The notes under the pieces: model-generated | Told to the model about the DNA's origin: nothing | The model's database searches: none | The model's input: the letters and a program-made list of their open reading frames with translations, nothing else | In this document: positions 26,935 to 36,251 of the stretch, one piece after another | Layout: the number at the start of each line of letters is the position of its first letter | Numbering within the stretch: the first letter of the stretch is position 1 | Translations under genes and position numbers: made by a program | NCBI GenBank assembly: GCA_963776275.1 | Contig: CAVZMI010000029.1 | Location: 23,123 to 87,122, forward strand | DNA length: 64,000 bases | Source of the DNA: Ignavibacteriota bacterium | Lineage (GTDB): Bacteria; Bacteroidota; Ignavibacteria; UBA10030; CAVZMI01 | Reading direction: 5' to 3'

Positions 26935-27350
26935 AAACCTTCTCCTGTTATTTGTCCTTCAAAATTCTTCTTTATTTTTTGTGCTTCTATGAGTTGAATC
27001 CTCAAATATTTATTTACTTCTTCAAGATCGAGTTCTACTGCCAGCTGATTCTTCAGTTCCTGCAGGTATTGCCATCGCTCCGGGTGTTCTTTTCTGACCC
27101 ATACTTGGTACTCTATCTCCGTCATGCTTGATAAGTGTTTGTACTTATGACAACAGATGCACAAACATATTCCGTTCAGTAAGTTCCATCGTAGTCTCAG
27201 ATTCCCCCGGGTGACAATGTGATCTGCTTCAAAATCCTTTTCCTCTCCTTCTTGACCGCAGCGTTCACAAACGCACGGTGCGCGAATGATTCTCCGCCAT
27301 AGATCGTCGTTCGATTCATGAAGCTTATCACGATCGTACTCCGTCGTCAC
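26931..27350 (-). CDS. HNH endonuclease (NinG-like)
   Basis: 139 aa. CERCGQEG..FEADHIVTRGNLRLRWNLLNGICLCICCHKYKH. Confidence 0.65.
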   Translation of the reverse strand: MTTEYDRDKLHESNDDLWRRIIRAPCVCERCGQEGEEKDFEADHIVTRGNLRLRWNLLNGICLCICCHKYKHLSSMTEIEYQVWVRKEHPERWQYLQELKNQLAVELDLEEVNKYLRIQLIEAQKIKKNFEGQITGEGL

Positions 27351-27904
27351 TTACTCAATCCTCTGTAAATCAATGTGGCTGCCACAACACCAGCACCAAA
27401 CCAAATTTCTTTCTTCTCATACCAGGGTATCTCCTGCAGCAATGGTATGATCTCTTTGATTTGGACCTGCTTCAATCGTATTTCACAGCTATCTCGCGTA
27501 TGCATCATTAACTTCGTGATAGGATCGGCTTTTATACTCCAATGTGTGATGATCCTGGCACCTTCGGTCTCCGCCGTATCGATGTAATGCTCTTCAAATG
27601 GCTGAGCCAGATCTCGGATAATCATTTTTAGACTGTCAAGGTTATCTTTAAGGCTACCGGCTGCCGTCATCAAACTATCTATCCTTGCCTGCTCTACTTT
27701 TGTCGCTTTTACCGGTTGTGCTTTCTTAGTTTCGGACTTCGGTGGAAGCTGAATCGGTGGCAAATTTATTCTCAGAGTATCCATCTGATGTGGTAACATA
27801 GCAATACGATTTCGCTCATGACTTACACCTGTAAAAAACCCTCCACCAAATAATAATGCGATTATTATTATTGCCAACAAAAACCATTTAATCGTGTCCT
27901 TCAT
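27347..27904 (-). CDS. membrane protein with N- and C-terminal transmembrane segments
   Basis: 185 aa. WFLLAIIIIALLFGGGFFTG near the N-terminus and IWFGAGVVAATLIY near the C-terminus. A lysis or spanin-like role is possible but unsupported. Confidence 0.45.
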   Translation of the reverse strand: MKDTIKWFLLAIIIIALLFGGGFFTGVSHERNRIAMLPHQMDTLRINLPPIQLPPKSETKKAQPVKATKVEQARIDSLMTAAGSLKDNLDSLKMIIRDLAQPFEEHYIDTAETEGARIITHWSIKADPITKLMMHTRDSCEIRLKQVQIKEIIPLLQEIPWYEKKEIWFGAGVVAATLIYRGLSK

Positions 27905-28175
27905 TGTTAACTCTCCTTATGATATTCACCATGGATGGCGGTGGGTAAACAAAATCGTGTCGTCTGCAAGTGACCAATATCTGTGATTGATTCTTTCTTC
28001 TTTCAAGCCGTAGGTCATAGAATATTTCACCTTCCGTCTCATAGATGCTTTCGATTATCGCATGACAATTAAACTCCAAACAAAACACCCTGTCCCTGCT
28101 CTGCGGTGACTCCTGTTCTTTGTATATCACCGTTGTCCCCCTCCATTGAATTCCCCTGCTCCCGCTTACACTCAA
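27888..28175 (-). CDS. hypothetical protein (overlaps 28069-28368 by 107 nt)
   Basis: 95-aa ORF in the +1 frame relative to the upstream ORF. Either the true start is internal or the two ORFs are one frame-broken gene. Confidence 0.3.
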   Translation of the reverse strand: MSVSGSRGIQWRGTTVIYKEQESPQSRDRVFCLEFNCHAIIESIYETEGEIFYDLRLERRKNQSQILVTCRRHDFVYPPPSMVNIIRRVNNEGHD

Positions 28176-28368
28176 TACTTGCTGCCAGTTTCCTGTTTAT
28201 ACATCGTGTTCGGTGATGTATGTAGCAATGAGCAAGCCGCATTCCATCAACCGCTAAATTTTCAAATCCATCTATAGTCTTGAAAAAGTTCAAGGATTCT
28301 ATTGGACAGCTGCATTCCGATTCTGAAGTTGATATCTTGCGACTTTTTCTGTGATAAATTCTTTCCAT
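28069..28368 (-). CDS. hypothetical Cys/His-containing protein
   Basis: 99-aa ORF abutting the portal stop. Contains CSCP..HCYIHHRTRC. Confidence 0.35.
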   Translation of the reverse strand: MERIYHRKSRKISTSESECSCPIESLNFFKTIDGFENLAVDGMRLAHCYIHHRTRCINRKLAASIECKREQGNSMEGDNGDIQRTGVTAEQGQGVLFGV

Positions 28369-30132
28369 TTATTCCGGCTCTCCATACTGCTCGATGAGCT
28401 GACGATCCTTTTCACTCAGTTCATTTCCTCCCTGTCCCTCTCCTGGACCGGCTGGCTGCTGCTGCATTGCCTGTTGCTGCTGCGCTGCTTCTTCCTGTTG
28501 CTTCTGCTGTGCTATCATCCGGATAAATGATTGTACTGCTGTGCTATCGATTGCCGGCATGTCATAAATATTCATATCTCCGAGCATCAGCCTCGCCGGT
28601 TCTTCCCCGTTCTCCTTCCGGATGCTGTTGATCGATGTATCGATCGATATCCGCTGTTTATTAACACTCATCTTCGCCTTCATATCCTCATCGGCAAGGC
28701 CTTTAAAATCGATCTTCACTGGTAATCTGGTGATTTCTTCAAATACTGTCACTCCCGATGTGGTAAGGGTGTTCAAAGTGTTTTCAGCGTGGTTTAAGAA
28801 AGTTTTCAATCCGTTGTCTCTGGATTCTTTCCATACGCCATCTTTATTCTCTTCATTGAGCCTGCTGCCCTTCATCGCATCCTGAAAACTTGCAATCCCC
28901 AGTTCGTTAGGGTTCGTTCCGGAGAGAGCGCATACAATGCTGACAAAGAGTGTAAGTCCGGTATAGAATTCCAGTTCCTTCGGTGATGAATGGATGTTCA
29001 CCCATTTCACATCACCCTTCTCCGGAACTCCAATGATAGGTAGACGCCGCTGGTTCCCTACACCTGTCATTGTCGCCCATAGAATCTTCTTGAGTTTTTC
29101 CAGCTGCAGTGGATTCGACATTCCCCCGGTCATCGCCAGCACCCCCATCGGTGTTCTGTTCGTAGAGAAGTTCGAAGCATTATATACGATCGCATTCAAG
29201 ATAATCGTCGCAATCCGGATTGACTGTTCCATGACCGAATATCCTCGGCGCCATTTTGTATATTCGGTACGTAAGAAGAAATGAGATTTTATAAGATGAT
29301 CACGTGTCACAGCCTGCCACCTTTCATCCCCTCTGATCATCACGTATTCTTTATCCGGTAGCTCGATATCTTTATTATCTTTCCTGTCGACCAAATCCAA
29401 TAGATCTTCGTCAACACGCGGCAAGGGGTAATGTCTGACTTTCGGTATGATCGGTCTCCATAGGGATGGATCTTCGAGCTGCAAACCGATTGGATTATTT
29501 AGCGCATCACGGTGGATCCGGATAGTAATATCATCTACGTCAAAAAAATCGTTGTACATCTGACCTAAAAACTTCGCCAAACTCGGCCTGGTCTCGCCGG
29601 CAGGGAAGAATAGTTTCTGCTGGAATCTTGATTCCCATTGCTCTAATTCCTTCTTCTGATCTTCAGTGGGATCAAAGCTTGGATTCTTCCATATTAGGCT
29701 AAAGCCTGTATCCCTACCGTATTTCCGTGAACTTGATAGCTCAGCAAAATCTGTCAGCTGCAGCCGTCGCAGGTTTTTAATCATTGCAGGTATTTCCGTC
29801 TCCCCTGCCCTACGGAGATAGCGATATGGAATGTCACGGCCGGTAGCGATGTCAATCCATTTGTACTTTTCATCTTCGCTTGTCGTCAGTAGAAGGCTTT
29901 CATAGAGCAACGCCGTCAATTTTTCGCCTTCTTTTTTTACCATCTGTAGTTCCGACATATCCTTCTCATACTGCTCTCTGAGTTTAGGATCCTTGTCGAT
30001 TTCTTCGACAATCGCCGGATTTGATTTTACCAGGCTGTCTACTAAATTCCCCGCTACTTGGTCATCGAGTTCCAACATAGCCCACATCCCCCCTTTACAA
30101 CTCTGAAAATTCAAATTTACATTGTGACACAA
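28369..30132 (-). CDS. putative portal protein
   Basis: 587 aa. Sits upstream of the MuF-like gene, which is the usual portal-MuF order. Q/E-rich C-terminal tail. The likely start is ATG 30078 (MLELDD), with GGGGGG 9 nt upstream. Confidence 0.5.
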   Translation of the reverse strand: MCHNVNLNFQSCKGGMWAMLELDDQVAGNLVDSLVKSNPAIVEEIDKDPKLREQYEKDMSELQMVKKEGEKLTALLYESLLLTTSEDEKYKWIDIATGRDIPYRYLRRAGETEIPAMIKNLRRLQLTDFAELSSSRKYGRDTGFSLIWKNPSFDPTEDQKKELEQWESRFQQKLFFPAGETRPSLAKFLGQMYNDFFDVDDITIRIHRDALNNPIGLQLEDPSLWRPIIPKVRHYPLPRVDEDLLDLVDRKDNKDIELPDKEYVMIRGDERWQAVTRDHLIKSHFFLRTEYTKWRRGYSVMEQSIRIATIILNAIVYNASNFSTNRTPMGVLAMTGGMSNPLQLEKLKKILWATMTGVGNQRRLPIIGVPEKGDVKWVNIHSSPKELEFYTGLTLFVSIVCALSGTNPNELGIASFQDAMKGSRLNEENKDGVWKESRDNGLKTFLNHAENTLNTLTTSGVTVFEEITRLPVKIDFKGLADEDMKAKMSVNKQRISIDTSINSIRKENGEEPARLMLGDMNIYDMPAIDSTAVQSFIRMIAQQKQQEEAAQQQQAMQQQPAGPGEGQGGNELSEKDRQLIEQYGEPE

Positions 30133-30138
30133 AGTCTT

Positions 30139-30654
30139 TTATGCTGTTAAATATTTTCTTCTGCGGCCAAGTTGTATATTGCTGATTGCTGTCGGCGATA
30201 TCATGAATCTATCCGCAATTTCGCGCTGGGTTATTTTCCCTCTCAAGTTTCTTATCTCCAGCACTTGCTCGTCTGTCAGTTTAGCTTCGGGATGTTTTTC
30301 ACCTTCCAAAAATGTTCCATCCCTAATTCGATCCTCTTTCTGATTTTTCGATTTCGTGCCCCACGATAAATTAGCAATAGAATTATCATTTTTGCCGTTT
30401 GGTCCATGACAGCCCTCCATTCCGGGAGGACATGAACCAACAAATGTGAGAAGCACAAGCCGATGGACTCGTAAATTTGGCTTATTCAAACCAAAATGTG
30501 CTATATTATATCCACGGCGATCTTTCCGTGGTTTCAGCTTTCTAATTCCGCGTTTATTTACTTTCGCGCCACCTATCGGCCTATTACTCCAAATATTTCC
30601 ATCTGTATCGGCATAGTAATTTGGGTATCCGGGTATCGGTCTCATCTCAGCCAT
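30139..30654 (-). CDS. HNH homing endonuclease (NUMOD4 + HNH_3 type) with a C-terminal HTH
   Basis: 171 aa. PIPGYPNYYADTDGNIWS (NUMOD4-like), then VHRLVLLTFVG..CHGPNGKNDNSIANLSWGT. Confidence 0.8.
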   Translation of the reverse strand: MAEMRPIPGYPNYYADTDGNIWSNRPIGGAKVNKRGIRKLKPRKDRRGYNIAHFGLNKPNLRVHRLVLLTFVGSCPPGMEGCHGPNGKNDNSIANLSWGTKSKNQKEDRIRDGTFLEGEKHPEAKLTDEQVLEIRNLRGKITQREIADRFMISPTAISNIQLGRRRKYLTA

Positions 30655-31322
30655 TATAAATCCACTCTCTCGCCCAGATCAACACCCGTTTCATCCGGGG
30701 CGGCTTTCGTTTCATCCGGCTGCGTCTCACGCAATATTCTTTGTTTCTGCTCATCCACTGTCAATTCAGATTTCGATAAATGTGTGGGAGGTTTTCCAAT
30801 TGGTGCTGGTCGAGTATGTGTAAATCTCCGCTGGTGATCATAAGCAGCAGGTGTTGTTGGTGTCTCTTCCTGGACACCATTCTTTTCTTTCTCCTCCATG
30901 ATCTCTTTCAGGATGTCCTCAATCACAGCCACCGGGACTTCCAATTTACCCGACATCTCTTCTACAGAATAAGTTTTTGCATCTCCGAGCAATCGCTGCA
31001 CTTGCCATCGTTGGAACTGCGCTGTGTACACGCTCGTTTCCAGCCAAATGTTCTTTTTGTTGAATAATTTCATCAGTTTTTCCGCGGAACGGGCAATCCA
31101 TTTCCACGGACAGATCCCAAGCCATTCCCCGAATGTTAGTCTATTGCTGTCTGCCATCTGCAACACTCCGAGGCATTGCTTCATTATCTTCTCGGATAGT
31201 GCATTTGTCCGGCTCCACCAGTTTAGTGCTTCCGATGCAGACTGATACATCTTCTCTTTTCTATTTCGTTCACGTTCTACCCTCCGATGAAGCTCTGCAA
31301 TTTTCTTTTTCTGTGTGCTCAT
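30654..31322 (-). CDS. hypothetical protein
   Basis: 222-aa ORF. Family not recognised. Confidence 0.45.
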   Translation of the reverse strand: MSTQKKKIAELHRRVERERNRKEKMYQSASEALNWWSRTNALSEKIMKQCLGVLQMADSNRLTFGEWLGICPWKWIARSAEKLMKLFNKKNIWLETSVYTAQFQRWQVQRLLGDAKTYSVEEMSGKLEVPVAVIEDILKEIMEEKEKNGVQEETPTTPAAYDHQRRFTHTRPAPIGKPPTHLSKSELTVDEQKQRILRETQPDETKAAPDETGVDLGERVDL

Positions 31323-31361
31323 CTTTGCTATTCTCCCCTGGGAAATAAGACTGTAGTTTCC

Positions 31362-31613
31362 TCAATCTACTATTGTCGAATTGAAATGTTCGTCTGGATT
31401 GCTTACAACAAAAGCCCGATCAATCCAGTATTTTTCATCCAGCAAAAAATCACCCATTTTTTGTTCACTCGTTTTATCCCTAAATGCTGTATCAGAAAAT
31501 CCAAGCTTACCACATAATTCTGTCACGGTTTTCTCGTCGTATCCTCCTGATTCAATTATTCTCCTTGCTTCCCGAACATTTGCAAGTATCTGTGAAAGCT
31601 TTTTAGTCTCCAC
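31362..31613 (-). CDS. hypothetical protein
   Basis: 83-aa ORF, co-oriented with its neighbours. Confidence 0.4.
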   Translation of the reverse strand: METKKLSQILANVREARRIIESGGYDEKTVTELCGKLGFSDTAFRDKTSEQKMGDFLLDEKYWIDRAFVVSNPDEHFNSTIVD

Positions 31614-31648
31614 TATGTTGCTCCTTTCATCACATGAGAAATAAAGTT

Positions 31649-31885
31649 TTAACTGATTGGTCTTAGTGGTGTGTAGTTCCCGAAATGTGATGCATGCAAC
31701 GGATGCACTCCGCGATGTGCATGGCTACGGCGTATTCGATTACCGCGACGTAGAGCATTCTTCTTGCGATAATTTTGTTTCGGCTGTAGTCCCGGGTTCA
31801 TTGACTTTACAATCCCACCGACAAAACCGGCCATCACTTTCATTGGGCCTGGCTTCGCATGAATCGATTCGGATTTCTCTGCCAT
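31649..31885 (-). CDS. hypothetical basic protein (coding strand uncertain)
   Basis: 78-aa R/K/H-rich ORF. An 84-aa plus-strand ORF (31657-31911) covers the same DNA. Confidence 0.25.
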   Translation of the reverse strand: MAEKSESIHAKPGPMKVMAGFVGGIVKSMNPGLQPKQNYRKKNALRRGNRIRRSHAHRGVHPLHASHFGNYTPLRPIS

Positions 31886-31907
31886 GTTTTGCCTTTCATT
31901 ATGTTTA

Positions 31908-32204
31908 TTAAATGTGTGATTCTTTAATCTTTCCAGTATCTATGTCCAACGATAATCTTTGTTGTTGTTCGAGTATTGCCATTTCGAAATCGCCTAAATA
32001 ATGCATCGCGAAATCACCCAACTCTACAACTTGGTCAATTGGTAAATTCAATTCTTTTGATATGATCTGTAGGAAAGCTGCTTTGGTAGGATCCTTTTTC
32101 TTCTCTTCTTCGAGGCGCTGTCGAATCAAAATATATCGTCTTGATAACTCTATGAGTTTGTCATCATCCTCGAAAATATTTTCGGGGCCGGTTATCGACG
32201 GCAT
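31908..32204 (-). CDS. hypothetical protein
   Basis: 98-aa acidic ORF downstream of a terminator-like hairpin. Confidence 0.4.
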   Translation of the reverse strand: MPSITGPENIFEDDDKLIELSRRYILIRQRLEEEKKKDPTKAAFLQIISKELNLPIDQVVELGDFAMHYLGDFEMAILEQQQRLSLDIDTGKIKESHI

Positions 32205-32232
32205 ATGGACGGCTCGCTGAATGGATAGACAT

Positions 32233-32261
32233 AAAAAAAGGCATACACTTTTTGTGCTGCC
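32233..32261 (-). terminator. putative intrinsic terminator
   Basis: On the minus strand: GGCAGCAC-AAAAA-GTGTATGCC (4+3 bp stem with an internal loop) followed by TTTTTTT. About 80 nt after the stop of the 139-aa ORF. Confidence 0.45.
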
Positions 32262-32343
32262 TCATTCAGTTTGGTTCGTTTCCACCATTCACTATACGAA
32301 CCGATTCCGTTTCGTCTATTGTTGTGTTATCTCTTCTGGTCTA

Positions 32344-32763
32344 TTATTCTCCGTTAGTGTTAGACTGTTTTACTTCACATTCTTTGTTACATAAAGTTGT
32401 ACAAATATATGAAATCTGATCTCCCATGTCAAGTGGTTTTTTGTCTTTTATCACTTCACCTGTATAAATTCCACCCTCCTCTTTGATCAGCTGCTCCTTC
32501 TCCGGATCGAAGCCCGATTCGATCAGTTCCTTAAACAGCCGGCAATCAATCCTTTCCAGTTCCTCCTGCAACTTCTGGATGTTCTGGGGCGTCGGTTCGC
32601 ATCCGAATTGTTCTAAAATCACCCTACATTTTCGAGGTCTATTCTTCAATTCTGCTGGCGCTCTCCAAGCAAGATATTTCGCAATCTGCGCCGCTCTTCT
32701 ATGTCTTACTATCTGATCCATTCCCTCATCCTTCAAATGGTCAATAAAAGTAAATTCCCTCAA
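32344..32763 (-). CDS. hypothetical protein
   Basis: 139-aa ORF. No motif recognised. Confidence 0.45.
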   Translation of the reverse strand: MREFTFIDHLKDEGMDQIVRHRRAAQIAKYLAWRAPAELKNRPRKCRVILEQFGCEPTPQNIQKLQEELERIDCRLFKELIESGFDPEKEQLIKEEGGIYTGEVIKDKKPLDMGDQISYICTTLCNKECEVKQSNTNGE

Positions 32764-32834
32764 TAATTGACGAATCTCTTTTTTTATTACCCAGCATACA
32801 ACCGCCCTGGAATCTCCTGACTAACTCCATGTTA

Positions 32835-33074
32835 TCAAACCAGCACCATTGAAGAAGTAGACAGAACCCCTCCTGCCAACTTCCAACTCCCTTGCTCCCA
32901 TGTAGGTATGAAACCGGCCGAGATTGCCTTCTGAATAATTAGATCCCTTTTCTCTTTCAAGATTCGCACCTCGAACTCGGCTTCAATCCCCGGTTTGAGA
33001 TCATCGAGCACGATGTCTTTGATCTGATTATCGATGTGATTCAACTGGTTTTCTATTTCTCTCACCCTATCCAT
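32835..33074 (-). CDS. hypothetical protein
   Basis: Start moved to ATG 33074 (MDRVREIENQ), which has GGGGGAG 3 nt upstream. The track start at 33095 lies only 3 nt downstream of the -10 box of the promoter at 33099-33127, upstream of the expected transcript start. Confidence 0.45.
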   Translation of the reverse strand: MDRVREIENQLNHIDNQIKDIVLDDLKPGIEAEFEVRILKEKRDLIIQKAISAGFIPTWEQGSWKLAGGVLSTSSMVLV

Positions 33075-33098
33075 TGGCTCCCCCTCTTGTGCCAATAG

Positions 33099-33127
33099 AT
33101 AATATCACATAATATGATAAATGTCAA
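33099..33127 (-). promoter_or_regulatory. sigma70-like promoter (ACTTGACA type)
   Basis: On the minus strand: TTGACA (33127-33122), 17-nt spacer, TATTAT (33104-33099). The upstream context TACTTGACAT is shared with the promoter at 46.69 kb. Confidence 0.5.
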
Positions 33128-33405
33128 GTATTATCTGACATTAGTTTCGTTCTATCGAGAATATTAAATACCTCTTCATTAAGTGGAGATACCTCATCAA
33201 ACGTAACAGTTCTCTTTTCGTTGTATTTTTCATAGGACGGACAACCTGACCAGCCTTTGATGGTTAATCGCCGTTGCCCATTGGGTTTAGCAATTCCTCT
33301 CTCATCGGTAAACGAATAGTGCTCAATTTCAAATACTATTGGTTTCTTTACTGTTGTCTGTCCTTCCTCTTGTATCTCCTCAATCGTTATTCGACATTTA
33401 GGCAT
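33124..33405 (-). CDS. hypothetical protein
   Basis: 93-aa ORF. Confidence 0.4.
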   Translation of the reverse strand: MPKCRITIEEIQEEGQTTVKKPIVFEIEHYSFTDERGIAKPNGQRRLTIKGWSGCPSYEKYNEKRTVTFDEVSPLNEEVFNILDRTKLMSDNT

Positions 33406-33589
33406 TTTTCTTTTCCTCCTCGTACTTCTGACACATCCACATTCTCAGGTATGGCGATAGTTTAAGGTGTAAGCCTGCTGCCCTCTGTTCGAACTCCGTC
33501 ACCATTTCCTCTGGTAGCCCTATCTGTACCATTTGTAACTTCTTCCCTGCATCATCTTCCCCGGTCTTTTTACGCTGTTTGGTCGCCAT
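33398..33589 (-). CDS. hypothetical protein, possibly RHH-like
   Basis: 63 aa. QMVQIGLPEEMVTEFEQRAAGLHLKLSPYLRMWM could be strand-helix-helix. Weak call. Confidence 0.3.
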   Translation of the reverse strand: MATKQRKKTGEDDAGKKLQMVQIGLPEEMVTEFEQRAAGLHLKLSPYLRMWMCQKYEEEKKNA

Positions 33590-33779
33590 GGTTTATCTCT
33601 TCGTCTTTTATTAGTGGATTCGGTACAGTCCATCTGTTTGAGTAATTTGGACATTGTAGCGTCACTGTATCATTATTGTTAATTGAAATCACTTCGCCTT
33701 CACCATCACATTCTAAACAATACTTCTCTTCACCTAAATGCTCCAGAATATCACGTTGATTTATTGTACTTGTACTCAT
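33570..33779 (-). CDS. small zinc-ribbon-like protein
   Basis: 69 aa with CLECDGEGE...LQCPNY. Confidence 0.35.
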   Translation of the reverse strand: MSTSTINQRDILEHLGEEKYCLECDGEGEVISINNNDTVTLQCPNYSNRWTVPNPLIKDEEINHGDQTA

Positions 33780-33979
33780 TCGGATATTGACCTCTGAACT
33801 GTTGTTTCCATCGATTCATCGAGCTCAAACGTATGTGTATTAATACAACCCATTCCTCCAATGTTTCTCTTTACTTTTTCTTCTTCTTTCTCGGTAGGTT
33901 TTGTGCTGAACATCCTCACACCTATTATATCGCACTCTGCACATGAAACGGCAACCGTCACCCATTTCTTTTCACTCAT
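33776..33979 (-). CDS. hypothetical protein
   Basis: 67-aa ORF, ATGA-coupled to the next ORF. Confidence 0.35.
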   Translation of the reverse strand: MSEKKWVTVAVSCAECDIIGVRMFSTKPTEKEEEKVKRNIGGMGCINTHTFELDESMETTVQRSISE

Positions 33980-34036
33980 TTCTCGATCCCCCGGTTATTG
34001 CTTTCCAATGTAAGACAATACAATATAATACTCAAG

Positions 34037-34270
34037 TCAAGTTATCAGCTCTTCCCGGGCTGCCTGCCGACGTGCAAGAATCTTGCTGAATTTCTGGTTT
34101 TCCTGCTCTGTTTCCTCAATCGCCGAGTTAATGGCACTCACTACTCTCTCGATCAGGATCCCGGGTTCCTGTGTAGGGGCTTTTTGAATAGCACCTTCGG
34201 CCAGTAAGTATACACGGTTCTTATCCATATTATTCCTCTTGCTGCTTTCGACCCTGTTCTTCCCGTTCAC
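34037..34270 (-). CDS. hypothetical protein
   Basis: 77-aa ORF. Confidence 0.35.
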   Translation of the reverse strand: MNGKNRVESSKRNNMDKNRVYLLAEGAIQKAPTQEPGILIERVVSAINSAIEETEQENQKFSKILARRQAAREELIT

Positions 34271-34472
34271 GTTGTTGTCGTCTTATCTCACGCGCTGGTT
34301 CCTCTTGTGGAAGTTTCTCCCTATCCCTTGTGGAGAGTTTTTCCTTAATGGTTTTCATCCAAATCCTATATATCAATGATCCCGCCTTCCTTATAATACG
34401 GGCATCAATCTTCTTTTCTTCTCTATTTGTTAGTTCAATTCGTTCTATTATCGCATCCTTCTTCTTGTTCAT
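34230..34472 (-). CDS. hypothetical K/E/R-rich protein
   Basis: 80-aa ORF of charged, low-complexity sequence. Confidence 0.3.
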   Translation of the reverse strand: MNKKKDAIIERIELTNREEKKIDARIIRKAGSLIYRIWMKTIKEKLSTRDREKLPQEEPAREIRRQQREREEQGRKQQEE

Positions 34473-34505
34473 GCTTTCTTCTCCACCTGCTCAACTTGAC
34501 TCTTT

Positions 34506-34739
34506 TTATCTATGTGTTGATAACAATCTATATTTTTGTGATAAGATGACCTTATCACTCTGGACTATTATCTCCATTGGTGAAAATTCAAGTACTGGAA
34601 TTCCATTGCGTATAAAAATTCCTCGCCCATCTGGATATAAGAATAATAGGTCATCTCCTCTGAGATCTTTTGAGGTAAGAATATTTATACCAAAGATCAT
34701 CATACTTTCTGTTCTATTTTCCCTTCTTAGGTTAACCAT
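34506..34739 (-). CDS. hypothetical protein
   Basis: 77-aa ORF with a 13-nt overlap with the upstream ORF. Confidence 0.35.
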   Translation of the reverse strand: MVNLRRENRTESMMIFGINILTSKDLRGDDLLFLYPDGRGIFIRNGIPVLEFSPMEIIVQSDKVILSQKYRLLSTHR

Positions 34740-35488
34740 ATCGGATCAGTCTCAACTTCCTTTTCGATCTCTCTTACAATTTGACAATCACCCAGTAGCG
34801 GTTCTCCGTCACTTCCGGTCCCGATCCTATTTCCCGATACCTCATATATTGGTCTCTGAAAACAACCTGATAACGTTACACAAGCTGACCCGGTATGACT
34901 TGGCATTATAACTCGCACCTTTCTCCCTCTCTCGATCGCTTCATACACCGATATTCCTTCTTCGTCTTTTTTGAAAAGATAGTTATGAGAACGACCGGAT
35001 TCTGGTGGTAATCCAAATCGTATGTAAATTATATTACCGTTTGTCCCGTTTCGATTCCAATATTTGAATTCCAAGCTGCTCGCTATCTGATACAACTGTT
35101 TCGGTTCAATACGTTTATTGTGCAGCAATGGCGCCTTCTTCAATATATTCATGGATTTATAATCATTCTCTTCTTTTATTTCGATCAGTCCACAGTACTT
35201 GGGGACATCTGGGATTATGCCTGCTGGGGCCACAAAAAAATATCTGTTCGGCCTTCTATTATCCACTGGGAAAACTTTCTCTCCCTGCAGCACTGAATGT
35301 TTCCACGCCTTCTGTTTGAATTCACGAAGATAGTCGGCCTTCGAAATCTTTATCTCAAATTCCCATACAATCAGATTGGGCCGTATAAGCAATAGATCTG
35401 CTTCCCATCCATAGAGTAAACTATTGGGTGTGATGATCCCTGCTGATAGCCGGTTCCTGAGTATCTGTTGGATGTCAGCTTCCCTCAT
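34727..35488 (-). CDS. PD-(D/E)xK nuclease-fold protein (MmcB-like)
   Basis: 253 aa. GWEADLLLIRPNLIVWEFEIKISKADYLREFKQKAWKH...NRYFFVAP fits the D...ExK plus SxaDf pattern of MmcB-like proteins. Confidence 0.5.
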   Translation of the reverse strand: MREADIQQILRNRLSAGIITPNSLLYGWEADLLLIRPNLIVWEFEIKISKADYLREFKQKAWKHSVLQGEKVFPVDNRRPNRYFFVAPAGIIPDVPKYCGLIEIKEENDYKSMNILKKAPLLHNKRIEPKQLYQIASSLEFKYWNRNGTNGNIIYIRFGLPPESGRSHNYLFKKDEEGISVYEAIERGRKVRVIMPSHTGSACVTLSGCFQRPIYEVSGNRIGTGSDGEPLLGDCQIVREIEKEVETDPIWLT

Positions 35489-35796
35489 TCCTGATTTGTC
35501 CCCTCGATTATTATACTGTCTACAGTTCGAGTGGCTAATGCATCCAATGCCGCGTACAAACGTTCAATAGCCTTTCCAATATCCTCGCAGGCGAATTTTG
35601 ATCTTTGGAAAAACTCGAGCCGATCGATGGCAGCTTCTATTACGTTCTCTACCAGTGCACCATTCGGCTCTTTCCAGTCTCCTCCGCGGCCGAGCGGACC
35701 ATCTTGCCAAATGATGGCATATCCTGTCCCGTAAGTTAAACCTCCGGCCGGATTACCGGCTTCATCGATCCGATGTTCTGACTTCATCTTGTTCAT
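35485..35796 (-). CDS. hypothetical conserved phage protein
   Basis: 103-aa ORF. The motif YAIIWQDGPLGRGGDWKEPNGALVENVI is not one I can name. Confidence 0.45.
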   Translation of the reverse strand: MNKMKSEHRIDEAGNPAGGLTYGTGYAIIWQDGPLGRGGDWKEPNGALVENVIEAAIDRLEFFQRSKFACEDIGKAIERLYAALDALATRTVDSIIIEGTNQE

Positions 35797-35902
35797 CTTT
35801 CTTTTTCCCTTTTTTCTTATCGAACGTGATATCTCGCCATGGCCATGGATTACAGTGCCGATCCATATTCTCCCAAATCTTTTCTATTGTATATTCTTCC
35901 AT
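35762..35902 (-). CDS. small ORF (46 aa)
   Basis: Not in the track. AAGGAG 2 nt upstream of ATG 35902. MEEYTIEKIWENMDRHCNPWPWRDITFDKKKGKKKDEQDEVRTSDR. Confidence 0.3.
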   Translation of the reverse strand: MEEYTIEKIWENMDRHCNPWPWRDITFDKKKGKKKDEQDEVRTSDR

Positions 35903-35918
35903 AACTCCTTCTTAAATA

Positions 35919-36251
35919 TTAATTATCCTTTTTACCTATTTTAACAAGTTCGATACGATGTGCGAAGAAATCCACTTTAATAATTTTAGGGATAAGACGA
36001 ACTATACAATATCGCTTCTTTCCTTCTTGTTGTGTTCTATCCATCCATCTAACACGATATTTTTTCCCATTGATTAACCAAAACCCTTTGTCATGAATAT
36101 CTCTCTTACCTATGGAAAGTGGATCGTCAAATTGAAATACAAGTTCATCTCCATCTTTCTTAAGTATCTCAAAGTTTTTCATACGCATTGCTTCGCGTAT
36201 CCTTTCCATCACTCCTCCTCTGCTTTTACCGCCCACCCTTCGTTCATCCAT
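35919..36251 (-). CDS. hypothetical protein
   Basis: 110-aa ORF. The likelier start is ATG 36209 (MERIREAM), preceded by AGGAGGAG and overlapping an upstream frame's TGA (TGATG). Confidence 0.45.
   Translation of the reverse strand: MDERRVGGKSRGGVMERIREAMRMKNFEILKKDGDELVFQFDDPLSIGKRDIHDKGFWLINGKKYRVRWMDRTQQEGKKRYCIVRLIPKIIKVDFFAHRIELVKIGKKDN

Noticed and set aside
31649-31911. Either the 78-aa minus-strand ORF or the 84-aa plus-strand ORF could be the real gene here.
   Set aside because: Neither has a recognisable motif or a clear SD. I kept the minus-strand ORF at low confidence only because it is co-oriented with the operon, and I rejected the plus-strand ORF.
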